From Octopus bimaculoides (lineage: Eukaryota), in assembly GCF_001194135.2 (NCBI RefSeq), contig NC_068999.1, positions 32,166,461-32,213,954 of the forward strand: 47,494 nt of DNA, given 5' to 3'. The position numbers and the translations under genes are program-made. The notes beneath the pieces are model-generated. The model did no database searches and had not been told where the DNA came from. It saw nothing but the letters and a program-made list of their open reading frames with translations. Shown piece by piece: positions 36,176 to 47,494 of the stretch (positions are counted from its first letter, which is position 1; each line of letters starts with the position of its first letter).

Positions 36176-36710
36176 CGTCTGATCTTAACTGATTGGAAGT
36201 GCTATATACATATTTTGTTTTGGTATAAAAGATGGGCTACAGTAAATATTCTGCTCAATACCACAGACTTGCTTGTCAGTTGCTTGACTTTCACCAGTTG
36301 AGCACGTCCCTTAGTGACTGACAATATGTGCATCTCTGATCACCAGCAGAAACAGTGGGGAAGCATCATAGCTATGTGTTGAGAGGAATTTTGGGGGGTT
36401 TGAATAATTCAACTCTGGAACCATAAGTGCTTCATTCAATATCCTTAAACAAACCTTATTCAGGGGCCCTTTTGAGCAGGATGAGCTACTCAACCTGAAG
36501 AAATTCTAACTGGGCCCCACCTGCAAGTTCATGCACTGTAAAATGACATTACCTTGTCATGCACATATGGTTGTGTGCATGTGCCTAATGTACCCTTATC
36601 AGATGGGTAGTCACAATGGATATATTGGGCTTCGAATATTTGTACCCCAATGTCACTTTGATGGCATGCACTACTCTCTCACTCAATAATAATTATTATA
36701 GTAATAATGA
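36176..36710 (+). mobile_element. Second copy of the 520-bp repeat
   Basis: Reverse complement of 31990-32530. Confidence 0.8.
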
Positions 36711-36714
36711 TCCT

Positions 36715-36985
36715 TTCTACTATAGGCATAAGGCCTGAAAGTTTGTGGGAGGGGACCAGTCGATTACATCGACTCCAGTGTTTCACTGGTACTTAATTTA
36801 TCGACCCTAAAAGGATGAAAGGTAAAGTCAGCCAGCTCACCAATAATAATAATAATATTTTCTACTAAAGGTGCAAAGCCTGAAATTTGTGGGGAGGGAG
36901 TAAGTTGATTTCATTGACCCCAGTGTTCAACTCGTGCTTATTTTATTGACCCCAAAAGGATGAAAGGCAAAATCGACCTTGACAA
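36715..36985 (-). mobile_element. Two tandem 5'-truncated family B SINE bodies
   Basis: aggcctgaaa...ggatgaaagg occurs twice. Confidence 0.75.
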
Positions 36986-37269
36986 AGCAGCAGCAACAAC
37001 AACACTAGGGATTTCTTTTATTTGCCATAACGAGCATCAGGTCAAAGAGACATTATGAGGATTGTTTACAATTTGTGTAGATAGACTACTTAAAGATGAT
37101 GTGAAGAAAGGGAAAGGAGGAAAAATGAGATAACATAGTGTACAAAATATATGAAACTTATCTATGATGCAATCCTCCTGATACAGGAGAACCTTCAACT
37201 AGAGTCAATCTAAGATTGACTCTAGATCCAAGATAACCTTGACCACCAAGGGTACAATCCATTGTTCAT

Positions 37270-37525
37270 CTGTTGTCCTCCTGTCTACAGGCACATACTC
37301 AGAACAGTTTCACTTACCCTAACCATTTTTGGCACAGTCACCCGCCTTTTTTACAAATTCACTGGGTGAGAGAGCATGGCCCTCTCCAACTTCACTTTCC
37401 TTTCCAGGCGGAACTTAAAAAAGTTGATGAGGACTTTACTGAAGAGGAAAATGTCTGTCTACTATCTTTGCGACCTTGTCCACCACACAGTATCTTTTAC
37501 CATATCCACCTGACAGAGGGAACAC
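37270..37525 (-). mobile_element. Tx1-like ORF2 C-terminal fragment
   Basis: Minus strand VKDTVWWTR...LINFFKFRLERKVKLER, homologous to 31354-31743. Confidence 0.7.
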
Positions 37526-37545
37526 CACCTTACCTTACCTTCTTA

Positions 37546-38175
37546 TCATCATCATCATCATCATCATCCTTTAACATCTGTTTTCCATGCTGGCATGGAT
37601 TGGATGATTTGAACAGAGCTGGCAAACTAGAGAGCTGCACCAGGTTCCAGTCTGATTTGGCTTGGTTTCTACAGCTGGATACTCTTCCTAATGCCAACCA
37701 CTTTACTGTGTGTGCTGGGTATTTTTAATGTGACACTGGCTCGAGTGCTTTTACACAGTGTCAGCACAAGTACTTTTATGTGGCTCTGACACTAGCACAG
37801 GACTCTTGCAGGCCAATCCTCTTCACCAGGGGTTGTGGCCTTAACACTTCTGCTGTGGAGCACAGGTCTGCTTAAGTACAGCAAGGTGTCAGATATCTCT
37901 TCTTTTTATCATCTCCTCTGAAAGGTTCAGTGACTTGAGGTTACCCTTCAGTAATTCATCCCATGTCTTCCTGGATCTCCCTCTTCCACAAGTCCCATTC
38001 ACTTTGAGAGATCAGTACTTCTTTATGGAGCTGTTAGCATCCATCCACATCACATGGCCAAACCCATGCAGTCTTCTCTCTTGCACATTGCATCTAATTC
38101 CTCTTACACCTAACATCTCTCTCGATGCACTAGCACTCTGTCACAAATGCACACTTACACTACACATTCAACAGA
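37546..38175 (-). mobile_element. RTE LINE 3' end (old)
   Basis: (CAT)n tail, 3' UTR, and a region encoding GRGRSRKTW. Confidence 0.8.
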
Positions 38176-38589
38176 GGTAAAAACTCTCTAAATTTTTCTC
38201 CATCCTATTCTTATTCTAGCTATTTTCTCCATAATAATAGTTAATACAGCAAATACACTAAAACATTTGTATGTTTATATGAATTTATCTCAAATAATTA
38301 TTTGGATGAAATAAAAATTAAAAGAAAATCTTTTACTTTAGTATACACAATGTTGGTGGTGTTTTTTGACTTTGTTACTAAACCTGTTGCTAAAACATTT
38401 ATATATAGTTGTTTCTGTTGCCATGTAAGGACGAATAGTAGGTCGAAGTATTTCTTAAGGATAAGGTAAAAAATGATGGGAAAATTACATATACACACAC
38501 ACACACAAACAAGTAGATAAACAGACACACTCACACACACAGGCATATAAATCATTACATATAAATCATTATATGTAAATATGTACAGA

Positions 38590-39125
38590 GAGACAGACAT
38601 CAACCACGTTATTGCCAACTGCAAGGGAACATCTTTCAGATATTAGCTTCCCACGATGCATGATGCAGTGGTCAGAACTGTCTGGAACAGGATAAGTAAA
38701 AAGAAAACAGTTGCAGTTGACTATAATGAGACCAAGGTGTTAAAAGAACATGGGTAAAACTTACAAATTAAAACAAAACTGGGCAGATATCATGGTGTAA
38801 GACTGCTAGAAAAAATATGCTCTACTGTGGAAATCAGCTGCCCTCTGAACAACAATGAAGTCAGGAAAATAAAGCAGAAAGAGTATGTCTATGGACCATT
38901 GATAAGGAGTTTTCAATTCCAGTACCCAAGATATACTTTCAGCTCCATACCTATTATCATTGGAGCAACAGGATATGTACCAACTCAGCCGGAGCAAAGT
39001 ATAGCCGATCTTTGATTCTTGGGGAGAGAATGCAACTCCTTAATTCATATGCTACAAACAATCACAATATCTGGGGCAATAAAAGTTTGCAAGGCCTTCT
39101 TAAGGTTTAAAGATGATGAACAAAA
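38590..39125 (+). mobile_element. RLE-type (R4/Dong-like) non-LTR element 3' end
   Basis: INHVIANC...HDAVV (part of a CCHC knuckle); VEISCP...KIKQKEYVYGPL...IPIIIGATGYVP...KVCKAFLRF. Confidence 0.75.
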
Positions 39126-40069
39126 CAAGATACTTTCTTTTGCAACCTTGTTACTAAGCAGGTCAAAATTTATTCTAAATTAAAAAGAATGAATGAATGA
39201 ATATATGCCTCTCAGAGTTGTATAATACTAAAAGAAATAAACAGACATTTGAATGTCTGGGTGATAATATGAATTCAGTGTGGATGGAATAAAATCTGGG
39301 TATATCATTGCTGCTATAAATTCCCAAAGACTCCCATTCTATTATGCAATAATGGAACTACATTTATATGAGTAATTTATTTACTAAAGAATGAATAAAA
39401 TAATATCTCTGGTCTGTAATAAGAAATGTTGCTTGTTAATATAGAACTATCATGAAATACCCTCAGTAATCTGCCGAAAGTTAGGGTGACCCAGAGGTCA
39501 TGGTGGTTATGTGTTTATGAAGATAGTGCTACGTTTATATTGGCCTCTCAATGGCCGATGTATGGAGAGCAGAGATCAGGGAAAGAGGAAGAATGCTGTT
39601 ATTTAAGATTATTGATTACTTGGTCATATATTGGTGACATGAATTGGTGTGTGTTGGGGGGGAGGGAGGAGTAAAAAATTTTCCAAATCTTTCTTGTCTA
39701 TTTGAATGTGACATCATGTAAAACAAAGTCTAGACACAAATACTCGGGAGAATTTCTCCCTACAATCTTTCAGAGTTATCAGCAAATAAACTGACGAAAG
39801 TTCTGTATGATGAATGGCTTGAATCTATAAATAGGAGAGGTTATGAATTTGGAATAAGTTTATGTGGTGATGCAGACCAATACCAGACTCCTTGGTCTAT
39901 AAATAGCTGACTTGTTGAGAAAATTATTAATATTGAAGCATGTGATAACCGTGTTCCCTCCTCTGTAAACTTCACACTTCCAGTCATACTCTTCGTACTT
40001 GTACGCACCCACACATGCTCATTCTGCCACTTGGATAATCACCAGTCTTTATATTTTATTCACTTCAGT

Positions 40070-40830
40070 CACTGTACTGTGGCCATGCTGGGGCACTACT
40101 TTAAATGGTTTAGTTGAACTAATCCACCTCAGTACTTATTTTTTGAGCCTGAAGCTTATTCTACCAATCGCTTTTGCTGAAATACTAAGTTACCAGTTGT
40201 CAAGTGGGGTGGGGGAGGACATACACAGACACAAACACACACACATGTGTGGAGGGTACCTGTGGAAGGGGTAGACCCAGGAAGACGTGGGATGAAGTGG
40301 TGAGAAAGGATCTTCAGACGCTGGGCCTCAATGAGGAATTGACAAGGGACCAGGAGATGGGGCGATATGCTGTACTTGATGAGGCACATCAAGCTAAGTA
40401 AAATTGCTATCTTCCATACATACAAGTTTGTCCTTTTAGGTGCCAGTGCCACTTAAAAAGCACCCATGCTGATGCTATGCTAACACACCGATGTCAGAAC
40501 TGTGTAAACGCACCTGCAAGAGTAATGCATAAAAAGCACCTAGCAAACTCTGTTAAGTGGTTGGTATTAGAAAGGGTATCCAGCCACAGAAACCATGCTA
40601 CAACAGACATTTGTAGTCTGGGCAGCTTCCTGCTAGTCAGCTCCATGTTAAACCATCCAGCCCATGCCAGCATGGAGAGCAGACGTTAAACAGTGATGAT
40701 GATGACAGGCTTCTGTCAATTCCTGTCTACCAAATCCTCTCTCAAGGCTTTGGTCAAGCCTCTGGCTATAGTAGAAGTCATTTTCCCAACGCTTCACACA
40801 GTGGGACTGAACTTGGAACCATGTGGTTGT
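40070..40830 (-). mobile_element. Family A SINE split by an RTE insertion
   Basis: 3' half at 40070-40240; 5' half at 40706-40830. Confidence 0.7.
40245..40703 (+). mobile_element. RTE LINE 3' end
   Basis: VEGTCGRGRPRKTWDEVVRKDL, then 3' UTR and gatgatga tail. Confidence 0.85.
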
Positions 40831-41799
40831 GTTGCAGGAATATTCAGCAATCATCTGATATCACAATTTACTAGAATATTGCCCACAGGATCAACAAAAT
40901 CTGATCAATCATGACTTTGTGTCAAATAAGATCCAGCAATGATTTTTTTTCTTTTAGCATGCTTCCTTCTGAGAGTTTGGGGATGCAGCAGAGAGAGAGT
41001 ATTGACAGACACTGTAGGAATTGACCAACAGAGATGGTGGGCAACAGCTGACAACACAAAGCCAATGAACAGTCAGAGGATGAACAATACTAGAAGTTAG
41101 TAGCTGGCAAGCAACTAGCCACATTTTATCTGTTGTTATAACTTACACCAAAAACAAAAACTCTCTTGACGTTTTCTCATTCGTAGTAATGACAGTTATC
41201 ATCTCTTGTGTATAAAAGGAATAAATTGTTGTTTTGTCAAAATCTCAACAGACTCCTGTGTTCCTTTTGGTACAATTGGGGAACAAACTTCTTACCTCAC
41301 AGCCTCACATGATACATACAAATACTCACTAATGACTGAGTATAGCATTTGGCCTTGTAAAGTCTTTGGAAAGTTATCAAGGAAAGTGACCAAATTATTT
41401 GTCTTGCACAATGTCATTTTTACATATCAGGTTGAGATGATTTTGGCAACTTGTATCTCCTTGTTATATCATTAATTTGATACAACTTGTGGTGGTCCAA
41501 TCATTGTTGAATTGCTTATTCTTTATTTTCATATATAACATATAAACATTATTTGCCTCCACCCTGAGGAACAGCAACGGAAAGTGTGGTCATTGGTTTT
41601 TCCAGGCCTTGACCAGTCCAGCATTTAAAGTCTTGTTTGTGTGTCTATTATAACATTTCAGTGGGGCTTAGAAATGTTTCACAGGGCCCATCTTCTCTCT
41701 AAGTTTAGCTTGTCAGCTGAAGCAGTTACCAGGGTGCAGCTGAGAATGGTCTCAGAGTCAAAACTGAGAGTCAGATGTACCCATCCATTTTTAAAGGAT

Positions 41800-41945
41800 G
41801 CTGCTGCTGGAAACTGATATATTATCTCTACCCAAATACCAGCATCAGCAAAGCAAGAACTAGGGACTTTCTCTGGTGCAGATGTCAACAGTGATCATGG
41901 TTTGGTCATGATGACAATGAGGCTCAAACTGAAAAGGACCCCCAA
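41800..41945 (+). mobile_element. LINE apurinic endonuclease C-terminal fragment
   Basis: TFSGADVNSDHGLVMMTMRLKLKR (SDH motif). Confidence 0.7.
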
Positions 41946-42014
41946 GAAAAGGACAATACTACTGTCGTCTAAGACTGACCAATGTTTTCAAGTGGAATGA
42001 GGATGGTAAGATGG

Positions 42015-42295
42015 TTGTTGTGGTAGTGGTGGTGGATGATGATGATGATGACAATGATGATAACTAAAATGATATGAATGACAATGATGGTGGTGGTGGT
42101 GGTGGTGGTGGTGGTAGGGATGATAATGAGGATTATGATTTCTAATAATAAACACAAGGCTACATACATTGGGAACAATAAATTATATCAACCCTAGTGT
42201 AAGACAGGTGCTTCATGTTATTGAGCCGGGAAAGTAAGCAAAGGAGGAGGAGGAAGAGAATGACGAGGAGGAAGAGAATGACGAGGAGGAGAAGC
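42015..42295. repeat. (GAT/GGT)n trinucleotide tract and 18-bp gaggaggaagagaatgac repeat
   Basis: Direct observation. Confidence 0.9.
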
Positions 42296-43814
42296 AACAG
42301 AAGCAGTAATAGTAACAGTTGCAACAAACAAAAACAAGCTGCATTTATATATAGTGCAACCCACTGCAGTATGTCTGCTTGTTTTCAAGAATCCATCGTA
42401 CATGCTGTGCGTTTTCTTGTTTTAATTATTGAGTGATAAGAATCTCAGTTCCTTTCTCTTTCCCCTAAGACACCTCACTGAAGTCTCTTGGGACATCATT
42501 TCCAGTTTTTAGATTCCATTACTAAATGAGATGCCAGTCACCTGAACTTGTTGCACTCAGATTGTTTCACTGTATTATCTAAAAATATGTTTGTTTGTCT
42601 TTATGACTTAACTTCTTCAAATTATTATGAGAACTATTTGTGTGTGTCTGCACATTTGTGATTCAGTATCTATATGTGTATATTCGTATTTGTTTGTGAC
42701 TGTCTCTATGTATTTACAAACAGACATATACGCCTACATATTCCACCTCTTACACACATATTAATACACACACACACATATTCATATATCTTTTTTAAGT
42801 TTATCTCTATAGATTTTCTATAGAATTCAGAACCAACAGTGCAAGTTAACAGTGAGAATAAAAATGAGAATGTTGCAATGGTAGCACAAAAGTAAGACAC
42901 ATTATTCACTTGTAAACTTTTAATATACTTGGTAGTATATTATGGAGGCAAAACCAAATACTGCGATTAATGCACACACACACACATACACATTAATATA
43001 TATGTGTGTCTATACACACACACATACACACACACACACACACACACATTCAGTTAGAGGTTAAATTAGCCTCACTAAGGGATGGTATCATCCAATGAAT
43101 TACTGGTTCAATGCCTAATATTTGTTGTGAATAATGATTTTCATAAACGAGTAGGTTTATACACAAATCATGGTTTTTAATCATTCAAGAGAAAGTAAGA
43201 AAATAGAGATATGGCATTTAATGAAAATTTATTATCTGCAAAAATCGAACATAGTCCCTTACAGCTGTTTCAATTAAGCCTAAAAGATTAAATAGCAATT
43301 ATTAAAATCATTATGCTAGGAAAAATCATTTCAGAGGGGTAGAAAAAAGATATACTGTTAAGTTTTTTTATGTGTTGTATTTTAGAACCATCACAGCAGA
43401 CTGAGTATTACTTTATGGCTAATATTGGTATATGCCTGTATTAGGGGGTTATAGGTTGTTTTAGTGGGTAATGGATAATATGTGAATATAATTAGGGTAA
43501 TAATGGGTAATTAAATAGTAGTTGAATAGTAAATTACAGTGAAGAGAAAGAAGTATCATATGAATGGGGAGATGAAATAAACACTTAGGTAAGTTGTTTA
43601 TAAAGCTGAGGGAAATTTATGTAAAAATAATACATAAACATATATTAACACTAATCAAGAAGCATTCATCTTATAATTCAGTGCATATACATATATATAC
43701 ATACACATAGATATATGCATCTAAATATGAATATATATATATAAAAATGAAAATAATATATATATATATATATATATATAATTCAGTGAGTTCAGTTTAT
43801 CGAACAAAACTCGG

Positions 43815-44305
43815 TTTGTGATGACCCATTCAACTCATGCCAATATGGAAAGCAGATATNNNNNNNNNNNNNNNNNNNNNNNNNNNNNNNNNNNNNNNNN
43901 NNNNNNNNNNNNNNNNNNNNNNNNNNNNNNNNNNNNNNNNNNNNNNNNNNNNNNNNNNNNNNNNNNNNNNNNATTTGGCAGAGTTTCTACAGCTGGATGC
44001 CCTTCCTAACGCCAACCACTCAGAGAGTGTAGTGGGTGCTCTTACGTGTCACCCGCACGAAGGCCAGTCAGGCGGTACTGGCAACGGCCAGGCTCAAAAT
44101 GGTGTCTTTTATGTGCCACCCGCACAAAATCCAGTCCAGGGGCAGTGGCAACGATCTCGCTCGAAAACCCTACGAAGGCCAGTCAGGCGGCACTGGCAAC
44201 GGTCACGCTCAAAATGGTGCATCTTATGTGCCACCCGCACAAGAGCCAGTCCAGGGGCACTGGCAATGATCTCACTTGGCTTGCCGGGTCTTCTCACGCA
44301 CAGCA
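43815..44305 (-). mobile_element. RTE 3' UTR with 115-bp internal tandem duplication
   Basis: 44058-44162 matches 44173-44277. Confidence 0.85.
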
Positions 44306-44917
44306 CATATATATATATATATATATAAAAATGAAAATAAGTATAATATCATAATATGATTTCATATCATTCATTATTTAGTTATTAATAATTTGTAAAT
44401 ATGGTTATTAATTAAACGTAGTTATGTGAATAGTAATGGAATTTATGTATGTATTACAAAGTTTAATTGTTCAAAAACATTTTTATAATAAAGTCTAATA
44501 TAGTACATATACCAATAATGCTTATTCCAATATTTATTTATTTTTAGTAAGTTGCTCATGGTGTATGTAATAGTTTAGTTATGCGAGATTGGTGCAAAGA
44601 TACTAGGTATATTTTTAGTGCAGGTGTAATATAATAATATTGAAAATAATTAAATTAAAAAGTATAATGAAATGCAAGAGACAGTTAAAGGTCATTTCCA
44701 CTAAATATATCTATTTCCATGCCTTTAAACTTTATTCCCATTCAGCTATCATAATACATTTCTCCACTTTTAGTTTCCTCATATTTTCTGTCATTCTTCT
44801 CCTCTTTCTCCAAATTGCATTTGACGTTAAATAAAATAACTTGCCAACGTTCCCTTCATCATATACGTAGTCATCACATTCGGTTAAAATGGCTTATTGA
44901 TGTGTGTTGTTTCTTTT

Positions 44918-45006
44918 TTTTCTCTGATGAGAAGATTGCATTGTTTTACATCATTTTATTCCCTCTGGAATAATACCATTGTTTTCTTCAAAACATATGT
45001 CGAAAG
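44918..45006 (+). ncRNA. Type-I hammerhead with long loop II and palindromic helix III; G12->A
   Basis: ttttct-CTGATGA (44924-44930)-gaaga...tcttc-AAAA-catatg-TC-gaaag; ACATATGT palindrome. Confidence 0.7.
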
Positions 45007-45215
45007 TATAAAGATTTGAATAACACCTGCGTTTAACTCCATTTCTTTATTTATCAATTATACAAAAACATTTCACTAAACCCTGGAATTTCTACCTTTT
45101 TAAGTAGGCTGTTACATCCATCTTACTTATGTGAAGTTTTACTACCCTGGTAACTATTTTTTTTTTCCATGTTGTTTCTGCACATTGAAAAAATATGCAT
45201 ACATGTATATGTATG

Positions 45216-45257
<42 letters not shown>

Positions 45258-45259
<2 letters not shown>

Positions 45260-45640
45260 ACATGCCAATGTCTCCTTCATTGGACACTAAACTCTGCTTG
45301 CGAAGACCTGTTGGGACAAGCGAAAGCGAAATCATGATGGCACCACTGTTCGAGCGTGATCATTACCAGCATCGCCTTCCTGGCACTTGTGCCGCAGCTT
45401 CGCGTTCCTGGCACATGAAATGTCATTCGAGCGAGATCGTTGCCAGTGCCACTGGACTGGCTCCTGTGCAGGTGGCATGTAAAATACACCATTTTGAGCG
45501 TGGCCATTGCCAGTACCGTCTGACTGGCCTTCGTGCCGGTGGCACATAAAAGCACCCACTACACTCTCGGAGTGGTTGGCGTTAGGAAGGGCATCCAGCT
45601 GTAGAAACTCTGCCAAATCAGATTGGAGCCTGGTGTAGCT
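45258..45640 (+). mobile_element. RTE 3' UTR, truncated before the tail
   Basis: Reverse-complement homolog of about 11140-11600. Confidence 0.85.
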
Positions 45641-45644
45641 CTTG

Positions 45645-47370
45645 CTTATTAGAGGCTGCTCCCATAGATTTGAAGTTGGATGAGGTAGAATAAGATAGTT
45701 TCAGGGTGGATCAGTTAAAGATAGAATGATATTTATGTTGTCGAGGGAAGTCAGAGTCTAGTATTTTAAAGAAGGATTTAGCTACATTCTTAATGTTAAG
45801 TGAGAAGGGGGGTGTACCACAGAATAGAGCATCTGCCACTTTTTTTAGGGGGTCTAGGAGTCATGTTATCTAAGCTTTTAGATAAAGGAATGCTATCTAT
45901 ATTTTTGGGAAAGGTATGCAGGTGGCAAGGCCTGCTACTATTAGCAGTTTTAGTTGTTTTCGTTTTTGACCTAGTGTTAAATGAATGTGTGTGGGGTCTA
46001 GGTTGCCTAGGTGTAAGACCTTCTAGAGTTCCATCGATTGTGATGGTTGGTGTGTGTTTTGGATGTGATTTGAGATATGTATTGTTTGAGCCTGGTGTTA
46101 TGTGTGTATTCTATTTGTTGGGAAAATCTGCTAGCAGCGAGTGCTTGATTATTGTATGGTGCGTGATTATAGAAAATTTCTTCAATAGAAGAGAGGTCCG
46201 ATATTCAGGTTGAGATTCTCTTGATTATGTTATTGAAGGTGGATTTGTTGTGGTTGGAGTGGATGTTAAGGTATTTAAGGTATTGGTTAGGTCTGTGGTA
46301 AGGGGAGTATTGGGAGGTTGATAAGTTTAAAGTTGCGTCAAGAAAGTTAGCAGTTTTGTGAGTGTTTTCGAATGTGATAGATAGGTTTAGGTTAGAGAAA
46401 ATTTATGTAGATCTTTTCTAGTTCTTTCTAAGGAGGATTTATTTATGCTTTTAGTAACTAATGAATCATCGTCCCTGTATAGGCCTCCCTTGATATTAAG
46501 GATGTGCATATGCAGCTGGTGTAGTTTATATAGTCCAACCAAGTCAGTGACCTGAGCTGAATCAGATGATCCCATAGTTATGTCAAATAGGTTGCTATGG
46601 TTATTGGCCCAGCACCACAGTTTGTCTTCAAAAGAAATAAGGGTTTTGCAGGAATTAAGTAATATGTTAATTTCTAGTGGGGTTAAGTTAGTAAAGTTCC
46701 TAGCTAGAAGAAGAGCTTGATTAAGGAGTTTAGAAGTAGAAGAGTAGTAACTATTTATGTCGAATTGAAGGGAGGAATATAAGTTTTTGTTTTTTAGAAG
46801 GTGGAACCATGTAATAACTTCACCAGTGTGGGACCATAGGTTAACGTTTAATTTGTCCTTGACGATAGGTATTATATTGTCCAAGATGTTTTTGCTTACC
46901 CTTCCTAGGTCGGATTTGGTGGAGCATATTAGGCGTATTGAAGGTTTAGTAATAAAGTCCTTCTTGTGATCCTTGGGATTAAAGTGTGAAGATGCAGGGC
47001 AGTATGGTTCGGTTCGGTCATCCACTTGTAGTTTCCTAGTAAGTTTGAAGCGGTTTGTGTTGATTTCGTTTAGGGCAAATGTTGGTGCCAGCTTGTATGA
47101 TTTGTTGAGTTCTTTCTTTATAAATTTATTTATGTATTGTATTCTTCAATGATAATGGGGTACATATTTCCTGTTTTGTCTGGGAAAACATGTAGTTTGG
47201 GGGATGCAATGATCCGTTTTATGGTGTTTGAGAGCTTTTTTTGAAAGTGGGATTTGTATTTAGAGAATTTAATGTTTCTAATTAAATTTATCATATCCAC
47301 TTCAAATTTTTCGAGATGGGGGTTGTGTCGAGGATTCTTATAGGATTTGAGGATGTATCTGTTATCATTG
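45645..47370 (-). mobile_element. Penelope-like element: RT with YRDD, thumb and linker; endonuclease lost
   Basis: LQFDINSYY, FDITMGSSDSAQVTDLVGLY, GLYRDD; downstream ILWYTPFSLNIK-like linker in another frame. Confidence 0.9.
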
Positions 47371-47384
47371 TCATATTTGTATGT

Positions 47385-47494
47385 ATGTGTGTATATATAT
47401 GTATGTATGTATATATATATTATATATATATATATATATGTGTGTGTGTGCGCGTGTCTTTGTATCTGTGTTTGTCTCCCCCCACCACCACCGC
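47385..47494 (+). repeat. TA/TG microsatellite and start of a family A SINE 3' body (runs off the window)
   Basis: gtgtttgtctccccc motif as in other copies. Confidence 0.6.

Noticed and set aside
39790-39840. CTGACGA followed by a weak stem and GAAT
   Set aside because: Lacks GAAA, the NUH site and helix I.
41292-41420. Minus-strand open frame ending at GAG|GTAAGA (…FLDNFPKTLQGQMLYSVISEY…)
   Set aside because: Weak acceptor, no recognised homology and no partner exon.
45800-46213. 137-aa plus-strand ORF
   Set aside because: Antisense shadow of the Penelope-like ORF.

Overview
Repeat-dominated, AT-rich eukaryotic scaffold with eight N-gaps. The SINE and RTE repeats look like those of an octopus (coleoid cephalopod) genome; this is my recognition and has not been checked by search. 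I cannot identify a host protein-coding gene. Nearly every recognisable ORF is a decayed transposable-element fragment: a complete hAT transposon with TIRs and 8-bp TSD, a Helitron derivative, several RTE LINEs, Tx1-like and RLE (R4/Dong-like) LINE ends, two Penelope-like elements (PLEs) with YRDD-type RT or GIY-YIG, many tRNA-derived SINEs and MITE/foldback elements. The most interesting signal is at least six minimal type-I hammerhead ribozyme (HHR) motifs with palindromic or near-palindromic helix III, from several families, each lying 5' of a TA-rich microsatellite. One pair is in tandem, 403 nt apart, and shares a non-canonical CUGUUGA(A) core, so it could release a retrozyme-like or circular RNA. 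There are also many long inverted repeats that could form dsRNA.
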